From Octopus vulgaris (Eukaryota), in NCBI GenBank assembly GCA_951406725.2, contig OX597823.1, positions 52,638,001-52,702,000 of the forward strand: a stretch of 64,000 nt of DNA, written 5' to 3'. The notes under the pieces are model-generated. The model did not search any database, was not told where the DNA came from, and saw only the letters and a list, made by a program, of their open reading frames with translations. Of this stretch, positions 12,286 through 25,675 are shown one piece after another; positions within the stretch are counted from its first letter, which is position 1; each line of letters begins with the position of its first letter. A program made the translations under genes and the position numbers.

Positions 12286-12861
12286 GAATGTATGTGTGTG
12301 TATGTGTGTGTGTGTGTGTATTTATATATATATATATATTTCTATGAATGTATGTATGTGTATTTATATATACACATACATACGTACACATGAATATGTA
12401 CACACGAATACTGTGGTGCCTGTTCTTTCTGCCAGCCAGCACAATTGTACATTATGCAATAAAATGTGCAAATTTTTTTGGCAGGGTTCAAGATTCATAT
12501 AAAGGCCTCACATTGCATTATCACATTATCAATGACTCATTTCAATGATTATATATATATATTTATATATAGGGAGAGAGAGAGAGAGACACAGAGGGAG
12601 GGCTGGCTTCAAAATTTTTGTGTACCAAAGTACCAATATTACACACAAGATTTTTGGTTAATCAGAATCTTTGGTACATACGTGACACTAACTCAAGGTG
12701 TCAAATACTAGTATATTGAAGCCTGAATCACTTAACCACAAGCTCTCTTCTCAAGAGCTTGAACATCTTTGCTTCAGTCAATCTAATTCAGTGGTCCCAA
12801 CATTTTTGTCTTACTAGATGCAGATGTGTATTTGGGTTAAGAAAATTGCTTCACAACAGTA

Positions 12862-13369
12862 CTGTAAATCCTCGAGTATAGTGTACCCTTGAATATAATA
12901 CACAGGGGATTTTTAGGGGCCTGTAGCTCTGAAAAACCTAAACCTTGTGTATAATATGCACCCCTTCTCTAACTTTAGTCAAGGAGGTCTATATAACGCC
13001 CTTGGTTTGTAAAAATGTATACCGTAACGTCCTTTATTATTATTGTATATATAACGTAATGCAATCATGTAGATTTTTTGTGCCTTTTTTTGGCAGAAAA
13101 TAAAGAAATAACAGTAATAATGTTTAATAAATGTTGCTTACTGCATGTTACAGATGATTCTTTTGACTTCATTGCTTTCTGGCTTAGCTTAGGGTATTTT
13201 CGCGCCAGACATCACAAAATGCGCCTGAATAAACATTGCCGGATGGCAAATAGAGACTCAGACATTGCTTAGAAAAGTTTTCATTTTTAACCTCGTATAT
13301 AGTATGCACTAGGGATTTTGACCTTAAAATTTTTGGGAAAAAATGCGGATTATACTCAAGGATTTACGG
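12862..13369. mobile_element. pogo/Tigger-like MITE with TA flanks, inserted into a decayed SINE
   Basis: TA|CTGTAAATCCTCGAGTATA ... TATACTCAAGGATTTACGG|TA. Confidence 0.75.
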
Positions 13370-14006
13370 TATATTCCTACTGTGGGTGAATGCATAGTGC
13401 AATTATCTATGTGGAAGTGTCTTTTACCAAAGTTCCTGAATGATCAGTGCTGTCTGAATAGAATTTGAGAAGCTGGACCTATGAAACAGATTGTTATATT
13501 TGCTTTTTTTTGTGTGTGTGTGTATGTATGCAGGTATGAATATGTATATGTATGATGATGTATCCATATATGTTTATGTGTGTGTATTTATTATTTTTTA
13601 TGTATTTATTAAAACTCTTCCCACCAGAAATAAGCAGGTTTTTAACAAAGAAATAAAACTCTGTGACTGGGAGTTTGATGAAACAATAGTAATAAGCATT
13701 ACTTGTTGTAGTTCAGAAGTCTTGTATCTTTAAAGTTTGATTAACTAGTCTTTTTCTTAGCCGGAAAATTCCAGCCTTCCCACATTGTCACATACACATT
13801 TACTAACATAAGCGCACCAATAATTATTGCTATAAATATGAACTTATAATAAAAGAAAGTTTCGATGCAGGTGTCCATAATGTTAACAAGCAGCATAGTG
13901 TCATAAAATAGTGAAAGTAAGTAGCCCTTAAAAAATGAAAGTATATTGGGATAGAACTCAGATGTGATAAAAGTGACATCCTGAAATTTCATGCAAACAA
14001 TGTAGA

Positions 14007-14410
14007 CGTAGGAGTGGCTGTGTGGTAAGTAACTTGCTTACCAACCACATGGTTCTGGGTTCAGTCCCACTGCGTGGCACCTTGGACAAGTGTCTTTTAC
14101 TATAGCCTCAAGCCAACCAAAGCCTTGTGAGTGGATTTGGTAGATGGAAACTGAAAGAAACCTGCCATATATATGTATATATGTATGTGTGTGTATATGT
14201 TTGTGTATCTGTGTTTGTCCCCCTGACATCACTTGACAACCGATGCTGGTGTATTTACGTCTCTGTAACTTAGTGATTCAGCAAAAGAAACCAATAGAAT
14301 AAGTACTAGGCTTACAAAGAATAAGTCTTAGGGTCAATTTTCTCGACTAAAACTGGTGCTCCAGAATGGCCACAGTCAAATGACTGAAACAAGTAAAAGA
14401 GTAAAAAGAG
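14007..14410 (+). mobile_element. SINE family A, near full length
   Basis: GGAGTGGCTGTGTGGTAAG head, GGGTTCAGTCCC B box, CCTTGGACAAGTGTC CORE-like segment and (GTAAAAGA)n tail. Confidence 0.85.
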
Positions 14411-14639
14411 AAAGAGATATACAAATGGATCCAATACCTAAACGTTCATATATTTAATATAACATGGAAATTTTATGTAAATTTTATATAAGATGAAAGC
14501 ACATGTTTACAGGAAAGCATAAGTTATTGAAGCATGAAATGAGATTCAGGAATAGTTTTTCTTGATCTCTAAATTTATTTTGCCATACATCACAACACAT
14601 GAAGATATGATGTAAAAAATTTTATCACTAGACCCACAT

Positions 14640-14800
14640 TATTGCCTAAGTTTCTCCTCCATGAGCACCTGTCGACCTTCAAAAGTTTGTGTATGGATGC
14701 TGTCATCATTTGGATAAACAAAATTGAGTGAATGGTTGGCAACTTCATGAATAAAGAAGTTATCAAGACCTACATAAGAAGCGCACTTATCAGATATCAA
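14640..14800 (-). pseudogene. Merlin (IS1016/IS1595-like) transposase DDE C-terminal remnant
   Basis: Minus-strand translation LISDKCASYVGLDNFFIHEVANHSLNFVYPNDDSIHTQTFEGRQVLMEEKLR matches the Merlin pattern I.SD.W.AY..L...H..VNHS.NFV.P..G.HTQ.IEG.W. Confidence 0.75.
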
Positions 14801-15387
14801 ATGTATTTTATAAAATTTTATTATGTCATCGTCATTGCTTCCAGTTTCTATCGCAATATATCTTCATTTTTAAAGGCAATTTCCTTTCACTATTTTACGA
14901 TGGTAAACTGCATGTTAACCAACCATAAATATTCTCTTTGCTGATTTTGAAAGATATATTCATAACTGTTGGGTAGCTGATCACATTGACTACCCATGGC
15001 TTTTTTTTTCTTTTTTATTTTTGTCTTCTGTCTCAACTATATCAGTTCAGTTACATCTACCCTTATAAAATTTTTATATTTACACACACACATGCATACA
15101 CACACACACACACACACATATATTTACTACTCATATACATTGCTCAGCATTTAATTTGGTGAAAATGTAAAATATCCATGAGGTGACCTAAAGACTAGTA
15201 CTTTTGAATAAAAATTCCTCGTCATTCATTCTATCCAAATTAGATAGACAATTCCTTGACATCTTCGACAATGCAAATGCAGTGAATCATTGATTAACAT
15301 GTTGGAAACCTATAACTAACAATAGAAAATAAATAAATAAATTACCAACAAGACAATCTCAACAGTTATACAGCTACTTTCTGTTAT

Positions 15388-15707
15388 AGTTGTGTGAAAA
15401 AGCTCCGATATTTTAAATGGTATTTACTATTTTATTTCCTGTATAGTATCACTCACCAAAATTTCAATACTACTTTCTTTGATATTTTATTTTCAAAAGT
15501 TTGTTTTTCACTAGAACATCTATGTTTATAGCATATTAAATGCATGTCCGAAATACTTGTGGAAAAGTGTAGTTGTGTGTAAACGTTCATATGTATGCAT
15601 GTGCCTGTATTTATACATGTGTATGTATGAATATGTTTGTGCGTCACCATCCACAATAAATCCTTACATATTTTAATAGAATTGGAGTGGAATACTTAAA
15701 CCATAGT
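15388..15707 (+). repeat. Direct repeat B (second copy at ~18362-18666)
   Basis: TAGTTGTGTGAAAAAGCTCCGATA...CTTAAACCATAGT is shared end to end. Confidence 0.85.
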
Positions 15708-16368
15708 GCCTATAATAGCATAACAATTAAAATCCTTTTGAATGAGGTTTATTCATGAAAAGATTTTAAGCAAAACATGAAGCATGATATAATGATTTTT
15801 GTTGCTGTTACTGTTAAGAATTACCATATTTTGGTTTCCTGAAATGTTCTAAAAGCAACTAGTAGTAAGGCATCTGCTATTCATACAACGCATTCAATAA
15901 ATTGACATCATGCTGCAAGGACATACAAACACATTTACATCACAGTAAAACTTGCACAGATATTTATAACAATACCTTTCAAAGTCAACACGTTACAAAA
16001 GCAACAAACTCCAAACCCTCTGCAACAACCCACCACATACCTTATGCTTTACACAAACTCAGCTCTTTGACAATTAACTACAAAATCTATGGTTTACTCG
16101 CAGCACAATACAAAAATACACATTATTTGTAATGCAGTAAAGAAACATGCAGTACGTTTACAAATTTTGCAATACACTAAAGCGACAAAACATTTGCAAC
16201 ACTTTATAAACCACAAAGTTTTACAAGTCATTGAAATATGAGACAACGAAGGGTGTCTCTATGTCACTACTTGAATTGCTAAAAAGTAATAGCTAAATTT
16301 CCCTCAAACCATATTTGATGTCACATTTTATGTTAGGGAAAAAGAAACATAGAATGTGATCTTATATA

Positions 16369-17637
16369 TAGGGTGTCCCAAAATTAAGGCAACCAACATT
16401 TTAAAATTTTGTCAAAGGTAAACATTGTTATATTTCGGGTCTGAGCTTTGCAATGCATTAGTAAAGGAAATACAATGATGACACCACCACATTTATTTAA
16501 TATGACCACTTCTGTTTCGAATCACATCCTTAAGTCTAGGTGCAAATGCTTCACATGTGACACACAGCTGTTCTTGCAGAATCAAAGCCCATTCCTGATG
16601 CAGTTTTGCCTGCAGAATGTCAAGCAAAGCATGAGGAGTGCTCGAGACCCTCGTCTCCAAAATGGACCAAACAGAAAAATCCAATGGGTTGAGATTGGGA
16701 CTTCTTGAGGGCCATATATCCTTTCCTATGAATGATGGAATGTTTTTCTGGATCCAGTATTGTATCTGTTTGGTGCTGTGGGATAGTACCAAGAGCTGTT
16801 GGAGGCTCCATGGTGTGCCTTGAAAGTTCTCATTCACTCATGGAAACAGTTCAGCTTCCAGAATGTTGCTAAAGTATTGCTAGGTGTTAATTTTAACACC
16901 TGAAAGCACAAAACTGAGGGGTAACCTTCTAGTGGTTGTCACAGCCACACAAATATTAAGTGACAGTGGATTTTGGTATCGATTTACAAGTTTACCCTTG
17001 ATGGAACCAGATACACTCCGAAGTCGATCATTCTGGTGGTTTATTGTCTGTTTGATGTCAAATTTCTTATCATCAGTGAACACCAGGATGGGCAGCATAC
17101 CTTCAGCAATCTGACACAGGATAAAACGATTCCTCTCCCATCTTGTGGCCTTATAAACTTGCACATGCTCATGACGATGGATCATCATGTAAGGGTGGGT
17201 CCTGAAATCCTTCTTCAGCATTCTATACATCGATGTTTGTCTTGTTTTTACTGTGGCAGTCAGTTTTCTGAAGGAAACATGAGGATTTTGTCATATCTTT
17301 TCTCTGGTACTTTTTTCTAAGCTGAGGGGCTCACACATTTCTTTTTCGGCCACATTCAGGTCAATCAGCACTGGAACCAGTCTCTTGAAAATTTCTTGAC
17401 AATTTTCCAGACTATTGTTCGGTTAATTTTAAGCTTTTTCCATCTCCTTTGTGGAAGATTATGATTGTATTTCGGTCTGTAACCATTATCTAATTTATAA
17501 ATCTGAATTTATTTAGTCTGAAATGAAAAGAAGACACACTAAGCTTTTATAATGATGTATAATTTTCATATTTTATCAAATTTATTGACAGCTTTTAAAG
17601 CCCAAAACTTTGGTTGCCTTAATTTTGGGACACCTTG
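16369..17637 (-). mobile_element. Full-length decayed Tc1/mariner of the DD37D (maT) family
   Basis: TIRs AGGGTGTCCCAAAATTAAGGCAACCAA and TTGGTTGCCTTAATTTTGGGACACCTTG. Transposase pieces FTDDKKFDI..NHQNDR and WPSRSPNLNPLDFSVW, with 37 residues between the mutated second D position and the third D. Stops and frameshifts present. Confidence 0.9.
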
Positions 17638-17689
17638 TGTATATATATATATATAGATATATATATATGCATATATACATTATATCTAT

Positions 17690-17960
17690 CCATATGAAAA
17701 TTTACTTTCTCCACTAAGAGAATTATTTTTTAGGTTACCAATACCTTTTTATCATACATTATTTACGAATTTATCATATCCGTATGAATATATGTAAGCA
17801 AATGATCGTTATAAGAATTACTTCATTAAACGGAGTTCAATAAATGTCATCAAATAAAATGAAATTAAGCAAATTTTGTTCTTAATGATGGATTATACAT
17901 TCATTCAATAATCTCAGACAGCTGTTTCAGTCAAAAGACCATGATATCATCAAAGAAATA
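17690..17960 (-). mobile_element. Penelope-like fragment with a degenerate hammerhead-like motif (17913-17955)
   Basis: Minus strand TGATGA...ggtc-tttt-gact-GAAACAGCTGTC, located between TA/CA tracts. Confidence 0.4.
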
Positions 17961-18027
17961 ATGCATACACACACACATATATATACACATACACACACAT
18001 ATATACACACATAGATATATATAAACA

Positions 18028-18185
18028 TTTTTTATTTCTCTCCTTGTTTATTTCTGTGTTCCTTTCTGTTGAAGAACGCAGGCTCAAAACGTAAAAGACT
18101 TTCTCACTTCCCAAGTGTTAAACTAATACATCTGTTTGTTGTTTACACACCTGTCTTCATCGTTTGTCTTTTTGTAAATTCTCTT
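18028..18185 (+). mobile_element. Penelope-like terminal repeat fragment (inverted copy at ~49386-49545)
   Basis: CCTTTCTGTTGAAGAACGCAGGCTCAAAACGTAAAAGACT...TAATACATCTGTTTGTTGTTTACAC is shared with 49386-49545 on the minus strand. Confidence 0.5.
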
Positions 18186-18959
18186 TTTGTAAATATATAT
18201 ATATTTAAAACATCCCTGAAAATCAAAAATATACTCTTATAAAATATACTCTTATTCATAAGATAAGCAATTGATAAACTACAGAATAAACTAGAAGACA
18301 GTCTGTTATAGACACAATATTTATATTATTTATAAGACAAGTTGTTAAAGCATTATTTAGGTAGTTGTGTGAAAAAGCTCCGATAGTTTAGATGGTATTT
18401 ACTATTTTATTTCCTATATAGTATCACTCACCAAAATTTCAATACTACTTTTCTTTGATATTTTATTTTCAAAAGTTTGTTTTTCACTAGAAGTTCTATG
18501 TCTATGGCATATTAATGCATGCCCGAAATACTTGTGGAAAAGTGTAGTGTGTGAACGTTCATATGTATGCATGTGCTTGCATGTATGAATGTGTTTGTGC
18601 ATCACTATCCACAATAAATCCTCACATATGATAATAGAACTGAAGTGGAATCCTTAAACCATAGTCCCCTAGCTATGATTTTCTTAAAGCATACAACATA
18701 CGTTTTTCTTTCAGTGCTTTATCAATAATTTTATTAACATGGTGACAAGTTGGAGAGAAGCATAAAATTGTATAAAGCTCCTTCTAGAGTATGGGTTCAA
18801 TTTGAATGTTCACTTCTTCGAAAGTGTGTAAATGAATAGTAAAGAAAGGTGTCTTTCTCAAGCTGCTTCATCCCATCCAATAACTTCCTCTAGAACTAAC
18901 TCTATACTACCTCAAGTGTTAAACACTTCAGAAGAGATATATTTTCTAAAGGAATTTAT

Positions 18960-19527
18960 ATACTCTTTTACTTGTTTCAGTCATTTGACTGCGGCCATGC
19001 TGGAGCACCACCTTTAGTCGAGCAAATCAACCCCAGGACTTATTCTTTGTAAGCCTAGTACTTATTCTATCAGTCTCTTTTGCTGAGCCACTATTTTTTA
19101 TGTTTATTTCTTCTCTTTTACTCTTTTCCTCTTTTACTTGTTTCAGCCATCAGACTGCAGCCATGCTAGAGCACCACCTTTAGTCGAGTGAATCGACCCC
19201 AGGAATTATTCTTTGTAGGCCTAGTACTTATTCTATCAGTCTCTTTTGCTGAGCCGCTAAGTTACAGGGATGTAAACACACCAGCATCGTTTGTCAAGCG
19301 ATGTTGGGGGGACAAACACAGACACACATACATATACACACACACATACATATATATACATATATACGATGGGCTTCTTTCAGTTTCCGTCTACCAAATC
19401 CACTCACAAGGCTTTGGTTGACCTGAGGCTATAGTAGAAGACACTTGCTCAAGGTACCATGCAGTAGGAATGAACCCTGAACCATGTGGTTTGTAATCAA
19501 GCTACTTACCACACAGCCACTCCTGCA
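18960..19527 (-). mobile_element. SINE family A full copy (19120-19527) plus a tandem duplicated 3' part (18960-19090)
   Basis: Reverse complement of the 49901-50322 copy, with the tail segment present twice. Confidence 0.85.
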
Positions 19528-20772
19528 AATTTTTTCAGCATGGTCATGTCATTAAGAAGCTTGTAGTTCTATTTCCGTTTCCATTCTGAAGTACTTTTGG
19601 AGGGTATTTTCCACCATAACATTGACTGGAAGAAAGATGCATTAGATTAGATACACTGTCTCACAAAAAACGATGAAATGGTTATACTGGAACAAGTTTC
19701 ATTTATGTCTAGTTCTAGATCAAACATGATCTGGATTTAAACAACAACAACAACAACAACGGCAACACCAGCAGCTGAAGCAGTGGACATGTAAACGTAG
19801 ATGTAATGAAATACTTTAATATACAGATTCTTTGAAATCATACGTTGAATGAATAATCAACCAAGGAAGATATCCAATTCTTTCTTTTTTTGCTTTTGAT
19901 ATTTCCATTACAGAAAAAAAAATTATTAACAATATGATGGAAAAAGATATTGCTTTTATATTTTAGATGAAACAGTAAAATTATTGTCTAAATTTTGTTG
20001 TAATTAATTGAACAGCAAAACATAACTAGAAGGATTTCTAAATTAAATGAAAGCATATCACGTTCTAAAATATCAAAACTTTTGAAGATAAACAGCACTT
20101 TTAGTGGAAATGACTTAGCCCTTTTCATTAAATGAAACATTCACGAGTAAAGAATCTTGTAAAACTAATTAAATATGAATGAAATGGTAACTATAATTTG
20201 TCAGGCGACTTGTCAGAATTCTTTAGTTTAAAGACAATATCTGAAAAATTGGTAATACAAAAACATCTGTCTGATTGTACCTCATCGTGCTTATGGTGTG
20301 TTACAAATTATATGTGATGTGTGATGGTGTATGCTGTATATTTGAGTTGAAATACATCATCATCATCATCGTTTAACGTCTGCTTTCCATGCTAGCATGG
20401 GTTGGACGGTTCAACTGGGGTCTGTGAAGCCAGGAGGCTGCACCAGGCCCAGTCTGATCTGGAAGTGTTTTTTTTCAGCTGGATGCCCTTCCTAATGCCA
20501 ACCACTCTGAAATTATTTTTTTTATTGAATCCAAAGAAATTAAGTTCTAGAGTTGTTAGTTCTAAACTAATTAATATCAGTTTTTAATTATGTTTCTGAA
20601 TGTTGCCAGCCCAATTGTATTTCACTCCAAGAATTTAATTTAAATACCTGTAGATTCAATTTTAATGTGATTTCATTGACAGGCAAAACAAGAAATAAAC
20701 TAATGAAATGGTAAGATATCCACACAAAAATATAAACTATTTCTATAGACACCACATGTTTTGTAAGATTTA

Positions 20773-21336
20773 TGAAGTTTGATCAAAAAATATCAGGACT
20801 GTTGCTATAGTAACAGAGATAAAGTACACAGAGTGAAGCTGCTTGGCACAAATTGACCTTGAACTCTATTGTGCATCAGCACTAAGTTATGACATTCTCG
20901 CTCATTTCTCTTGTTTACAGCAGTGCTTGAAAGTAAAGTGTGTAGAGTTTGGTCATCTCAGAAAGAAGATTGTGTTTCAGCTCTGCAGGATTTTGATTGT
21001 GTCAAGGAAGATGAAATCATTTTGAAAACGGTCATAACAGGTGAAGAATCATGAGTCTACGACTACAACCCTAAAATCAAGGCTCAGCCTTTGGTGTAGA
21101 GGATACCAACAAGATTTCAAGATATCAAGGAAATCAAAGAGAATACAAATGAGACAGCTGCTTGCTATCTCCACAAAAATCAGTTCCAGGTATTCTTCTA
21201 TCATTGGAAATGACGCTGAATAAAGTGTGTAACCTCAAAAGAGAACTACTCCAATGAGATGATTAAATGCCAAATTGACATGTGTTGTAGTTACCTTTTT
21301 ATAGTACCAATCCTGATACTTTTTGATTAGACCTTG
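20773..21336 (+). mobile_element. Internally deleted mariner (DD34D-type)
   Basis: TIRs GATCAAAAAATATCAGGA and TCCTGATACTTTTTGATT. Remnants LKTVITGEES*VYDYNP and RFQDIKEIKEN...HWK*R*IKCV. Confidence 0.75.
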
Positions 21337-23479
21337 AAAATATTAGGAGTCCATCCTCACAAAAAAACACTGCTCGAAACCCTAATTTAATACTTCTACT
21401 TAAATGTATCCAACTGGAGTAACATCGGAAAGCAGGTGTAGATATGTGGTTAACAAGTTTGCTTCACAACTGCATGGTTTTGGGCACAATCCTACTGCAC
21501 AGCCTCTTGGGTAAGTGTGATTTATCATAGTCTTGGATTGATGAAAGTTTTGTGAGTGAAGTTTAAACAATAGAAACTTCATGGAAGATTGCCAAAGAGA
21601 TGGTCCTTACAGTTTGGCTGACAGATCTAATTTGTTGTTGGGTTTTGAGACTGCTGCCTTTATTGAAACCCATTCTGTTGGCAGCACACAGACCAGACCA
21701 TTGATCAGAGCACTTGAATGTAGATCATGGGGGATGTCCTTTTTCTTCTGACTAGGCCAACAAAATAAAATAGTTGCACTTCTGGTGGTAGAGTGTTGAC
21801 TTCTGGTAGCAGAGTCATTAAGGCATCAAACTGAATCTCTGGTGGCACTTCTTCTGGTTTTCTACACTCTGAGCTTAAATCTCACCAAGGTTGTCTTTGT
21901 TTTTCGTTCTTCTGAGGTCAATAAATAAAGTACCAGTCACGTACTGAATATATTCTTCTCTCTCTCACTCTCTCATTCGATCTCTTATTCTCTCTCTCTC
22001 TCTCTTGTTCTCTCTTTCTTGCTTGCTATCTCTCAGCTATGAAGTGAATAGGAAGGGCTGTAGGAGACAACTCACAACTTCATTTTCTCTAGAAATAAAG
22101 ACAAGACAAGCTGAGCAAAATCCTTTTCTTAAAGTAAAACAAATATGTTACAGGAACTGTGTGTATCATGGAAATAGATGAGTGCAATAATCATTAAGAA
22201 ACATCTTAGATCCTTTCATTTTTTTTTCTATTTCTTAACATAATCCTATAACTAACAACATGGATCAGCCGTTTTCTAATCACTATTAATCATTTGTAAT
22301 TTGCAATATTTCAAAACAGTAACATATAACTCCTTACATTATTCTGATCTAATAAAGATTGATAAAACTGCTTTGGGTGGTCCAGCTGGTACAATAATAC
22401 AACAACTGGACTCAATGTATATAATTAAGAAAAACAAGCGAATCCCTTTATTTTCCTGGCTTCTGTGGGATTAACGGAACATACAGGTACAACAACAATA
22501 CATGTACTAATTTCATTTTTGGTTCTCTATTTATGCTAGCAGATTAATTTTGTGTATGTTTCTCTGCAAGCCGTCAAGTATCTTTGTTTGCTGGTATTTA
22601 TGGCTTTGTAATGATACAACAGACAGTTTAATCCTTTTTGATCAAGAAACTTTCATTAATAACATACAGTTAGTTATCTGTCATTGTGGGAGAAAAAAAA
22701 AAAGATGTCCAAGAAGTACTTTGGACTCAGATTCAAAGCGTTTGACTTTGAGACATAATGACTAGTACTGCCAACAATGTAAACAATATGTTGTGATTAA
22801 GTCATGAAAGATTACAAACAAGAAGCAAGAAAGAAGCTGCTGAATGAAGTACAATAAAATCGACATTATTAATGGCATAAGGGTTCAAACCTACAATAAA
22901 ACCAATTGTCATTAAAAAGACATATGTATATGTACATGTTAGGAGATTATATGGAGCACTGACTATCAAATGTTTAACATCATAGCAGCTAATAAACTCC
23001 AGGTGTATGAATGGCTGATAGGAAAATAACAAGGGTCACCTTTTGTCACTGCACTGCCAAAGATCAGACTCTCTCTTTCCACCACTGCATTTTATTTTAA
23101 TTAACATTTATTATAAAATTTAAAATCATCGGCTGTCTTCCTTGTTCTCTATCTCGGCTGTCTTCCTTATCCTTTATCTAACCTGCTAGATAAATTATTG
23201 TTTCTTTCACATTTACTGTTTAAACTTAATTATATAATGATTAAAATTTCTTGTCTCACTACATAATGTATGTCGGTCACCAACTATCAGAGTTGTTGGC
23301 AGCGCAATGGACAGAATGCCTAGAATAAGATGAGTGGGCATGGCTGTTTGCATGCTGGCAATTTTGCACAGCTGGCTGGCTGGCTGGACACTGTATCTAT
23401 TTTGGTGTGAATACTTTTTGGCACAGGAGACTCAGGTGATCATGCATGTGCATGAAGAAATATACACATACATATGAAT

Positions 23480-23627
23480 AAACAGACAGACAGGCAGACA
23501 AACAGATAGATAGATAGATACATGCATAGGTAGGTAGACAGATAGATAGATAGGTAGGTAGGTAGGTAGGTAGGTAGGTAGGTAGGTAGGTAGGTAGGTA
23601 GATAGATAGATAGATAATTAGATAGAC

Positions 23628-23663
<36 letters not shown>

Positions 23664-23866
23664 GGATGGACAGGTAGATAGGTAGATAGATAGATGGACA
23701 GGTAGGTAGATAGGTAGGTAGGTAGGTAGGTAGGTAGATGGACAGGTAGGTAGGTAGGTAGGTAGGTACGTAGGTACGTAGGTACGTAGGTAGATAGATA
23801 GGTAGATAGACAGACAGATAGTTGGACAGACAGATAGACAGATAGATACTTAGATAGATAGATAGG

Positions 23867-23931
<65 letters not shown>

Positions 23932-24083
23932 TTCTTTATTGGCCACACAGGGCTGAACACAGAAGGGACAAAAAACACTGTAGAGCTTTTCTTTTTGTGG
24001 AGAAGAGAAGGAAAAAAAGAGGGTGGGTCGAATTCCAATCAAAAGGGATTGTGAAAAAAAAAAAGGTGGGGACGACCAATTAA

Positions 24084-24156
<73 letters not shown>

Positions 24157-24158
24157 CA
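23480..24158. repeat. (GATA)n/(GGTA)n tetranucleotide array interrupted by a ~155-bp insert
   Basis: Directly visible; insert at ~23931-24085. Confidence 0.95.
23931..24085 (-). mobile_element. Probable LINE 3' end inserted in (GATA)n
   Basis: Minus strand ends TGTCCCTTCTGTGTTCAGCCCTGTGTGGCCAATAAAGAAA. It contains AATAAA and matches the tail of SINE family B. Confidence 0.5.
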
Positions 24159-25094
24159 GGTTGCATATCAAATACTAAGAAATTCACAAAAGCAGAAGGG
24201 CAATTAAATCTTTATTTAAATTACACAAATTATGCACGCCCTCTTTTGTTTTTAATATGCCCAAGAATCTTGTGTGTTGAAGTCAAAATAGAACAACTAT
24301 TGTGCCAATGATGTCTTCTGATGAAGAAACATGTGTTCACAACAGTCTTCTGATAGTCAAAATGTCTTATCCTTAAAGCACGTCACTTTTAAAGACCTCA
24401 TGATGCTTGAGATTATCTCCCCTTCTCATTTGTGGTTGATCACAATTGCAAATATTTGCTTACTCTTATCTTACTTTCAATATATCAAAAATTTTGTGTT
24501 CAGAAAATTTGCCATAGGAAATTTTTCCATAAACATGACACACAAACAGACTGTAAATAAAATAAATCATTTTAAAGAAATTACCTTTCTCTAAGTGGTA
24601 GATTAGTTGATAAAGTTACCATTTTAAGAAAACAGCTATTTTTTTTTTTGCGATTTATTTTTTTTTTATGGCTAATTTTCCTACAGCAAAAATGTTGATG
24701 ACAAAATTTCCTAAAACCACCAAATTTATCTTGCATTGTATTATGACCATAAATGACTATATATGGTACTATGACTATATATAATACTATGACCATAAAT
24801 GCATACACACTCACACACACACACTTTTATCTTTTACCTGTAATCTTTTAGTTGTTTCTTGGACTTTGGCCATACTGGGGCACTGCTTTAAAGAGTTTTA
24901 GTCAAACAGATCAATCCCCATAGTTATATATGGCGTTAGGAAGGGCATCCAGCTGTAGAAACATTGCCAGATTAGACTGGAGCCTGGTGCAGCCTTCTGG
25001 CTTCCCAGAACCCCGGTCGAACCGTCCAACCCATGCTAGCATGGAGAACAGACATTAAACGATGATGATGATGATGATGATGATATATATATAT

Positions 25095-25445
25095 AAGACT
25101 CAGAAAATTTGCAAGGAACCCATTGACTCACTTTGCAGACTTTTCGATGGTATGCAACTGTTGATGAATGGTTGAATAACCAAATCCAAGCTTCTCTGCA
25201 AGTTCCTCAACAATTACAATGGGATTTTGTTCCACCAGGACATCCTTGTTGAGTTCTAGAGATCTTCCAGGATGCAGCTCATCTTCTAGGCTCTAGTATC
25301 CAGCTTAGAATTTCTATTGACACTGGCTTACACTTATTGTCTGATCCCTATGTACTGCATTACTATTCCTTGCACTTTCTGTTGCATTTTTTTTTTAACT
25401 TATAAAACAAAATAGGCCAAATATGCTCCTTTGTCACTTCCATTA
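25095..25445 (-). pseudogene. mariner transposase N-terminal (HTH) remnant
   Basis: SLEDELHPGRSLELNKDVLVEQNPIVIVEELAEKLGFGYSTIHQQL..., then QWVP after a frameshift, matching the mariner linker and WVPHEL motif. Confidence 0.7.
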
Positions 25446-25623
25446 TAGCTTTGAAAAAATAACTGTTAAAATCAAACTGCACTCTTCAAAGCTTGCACTA
25501 AGAATAAGCACAAGGTAAAGTTACTACCTGCTTTTATAGCAAGTTGATGCAGGTAGTTTATCCCATCTCCCTCTGACTTTTAGTTTATGCAATTGAAAAA
25601 CAACACACTATTTATGAGATGAC

Positions 25624-25675
<52 letters not shown>

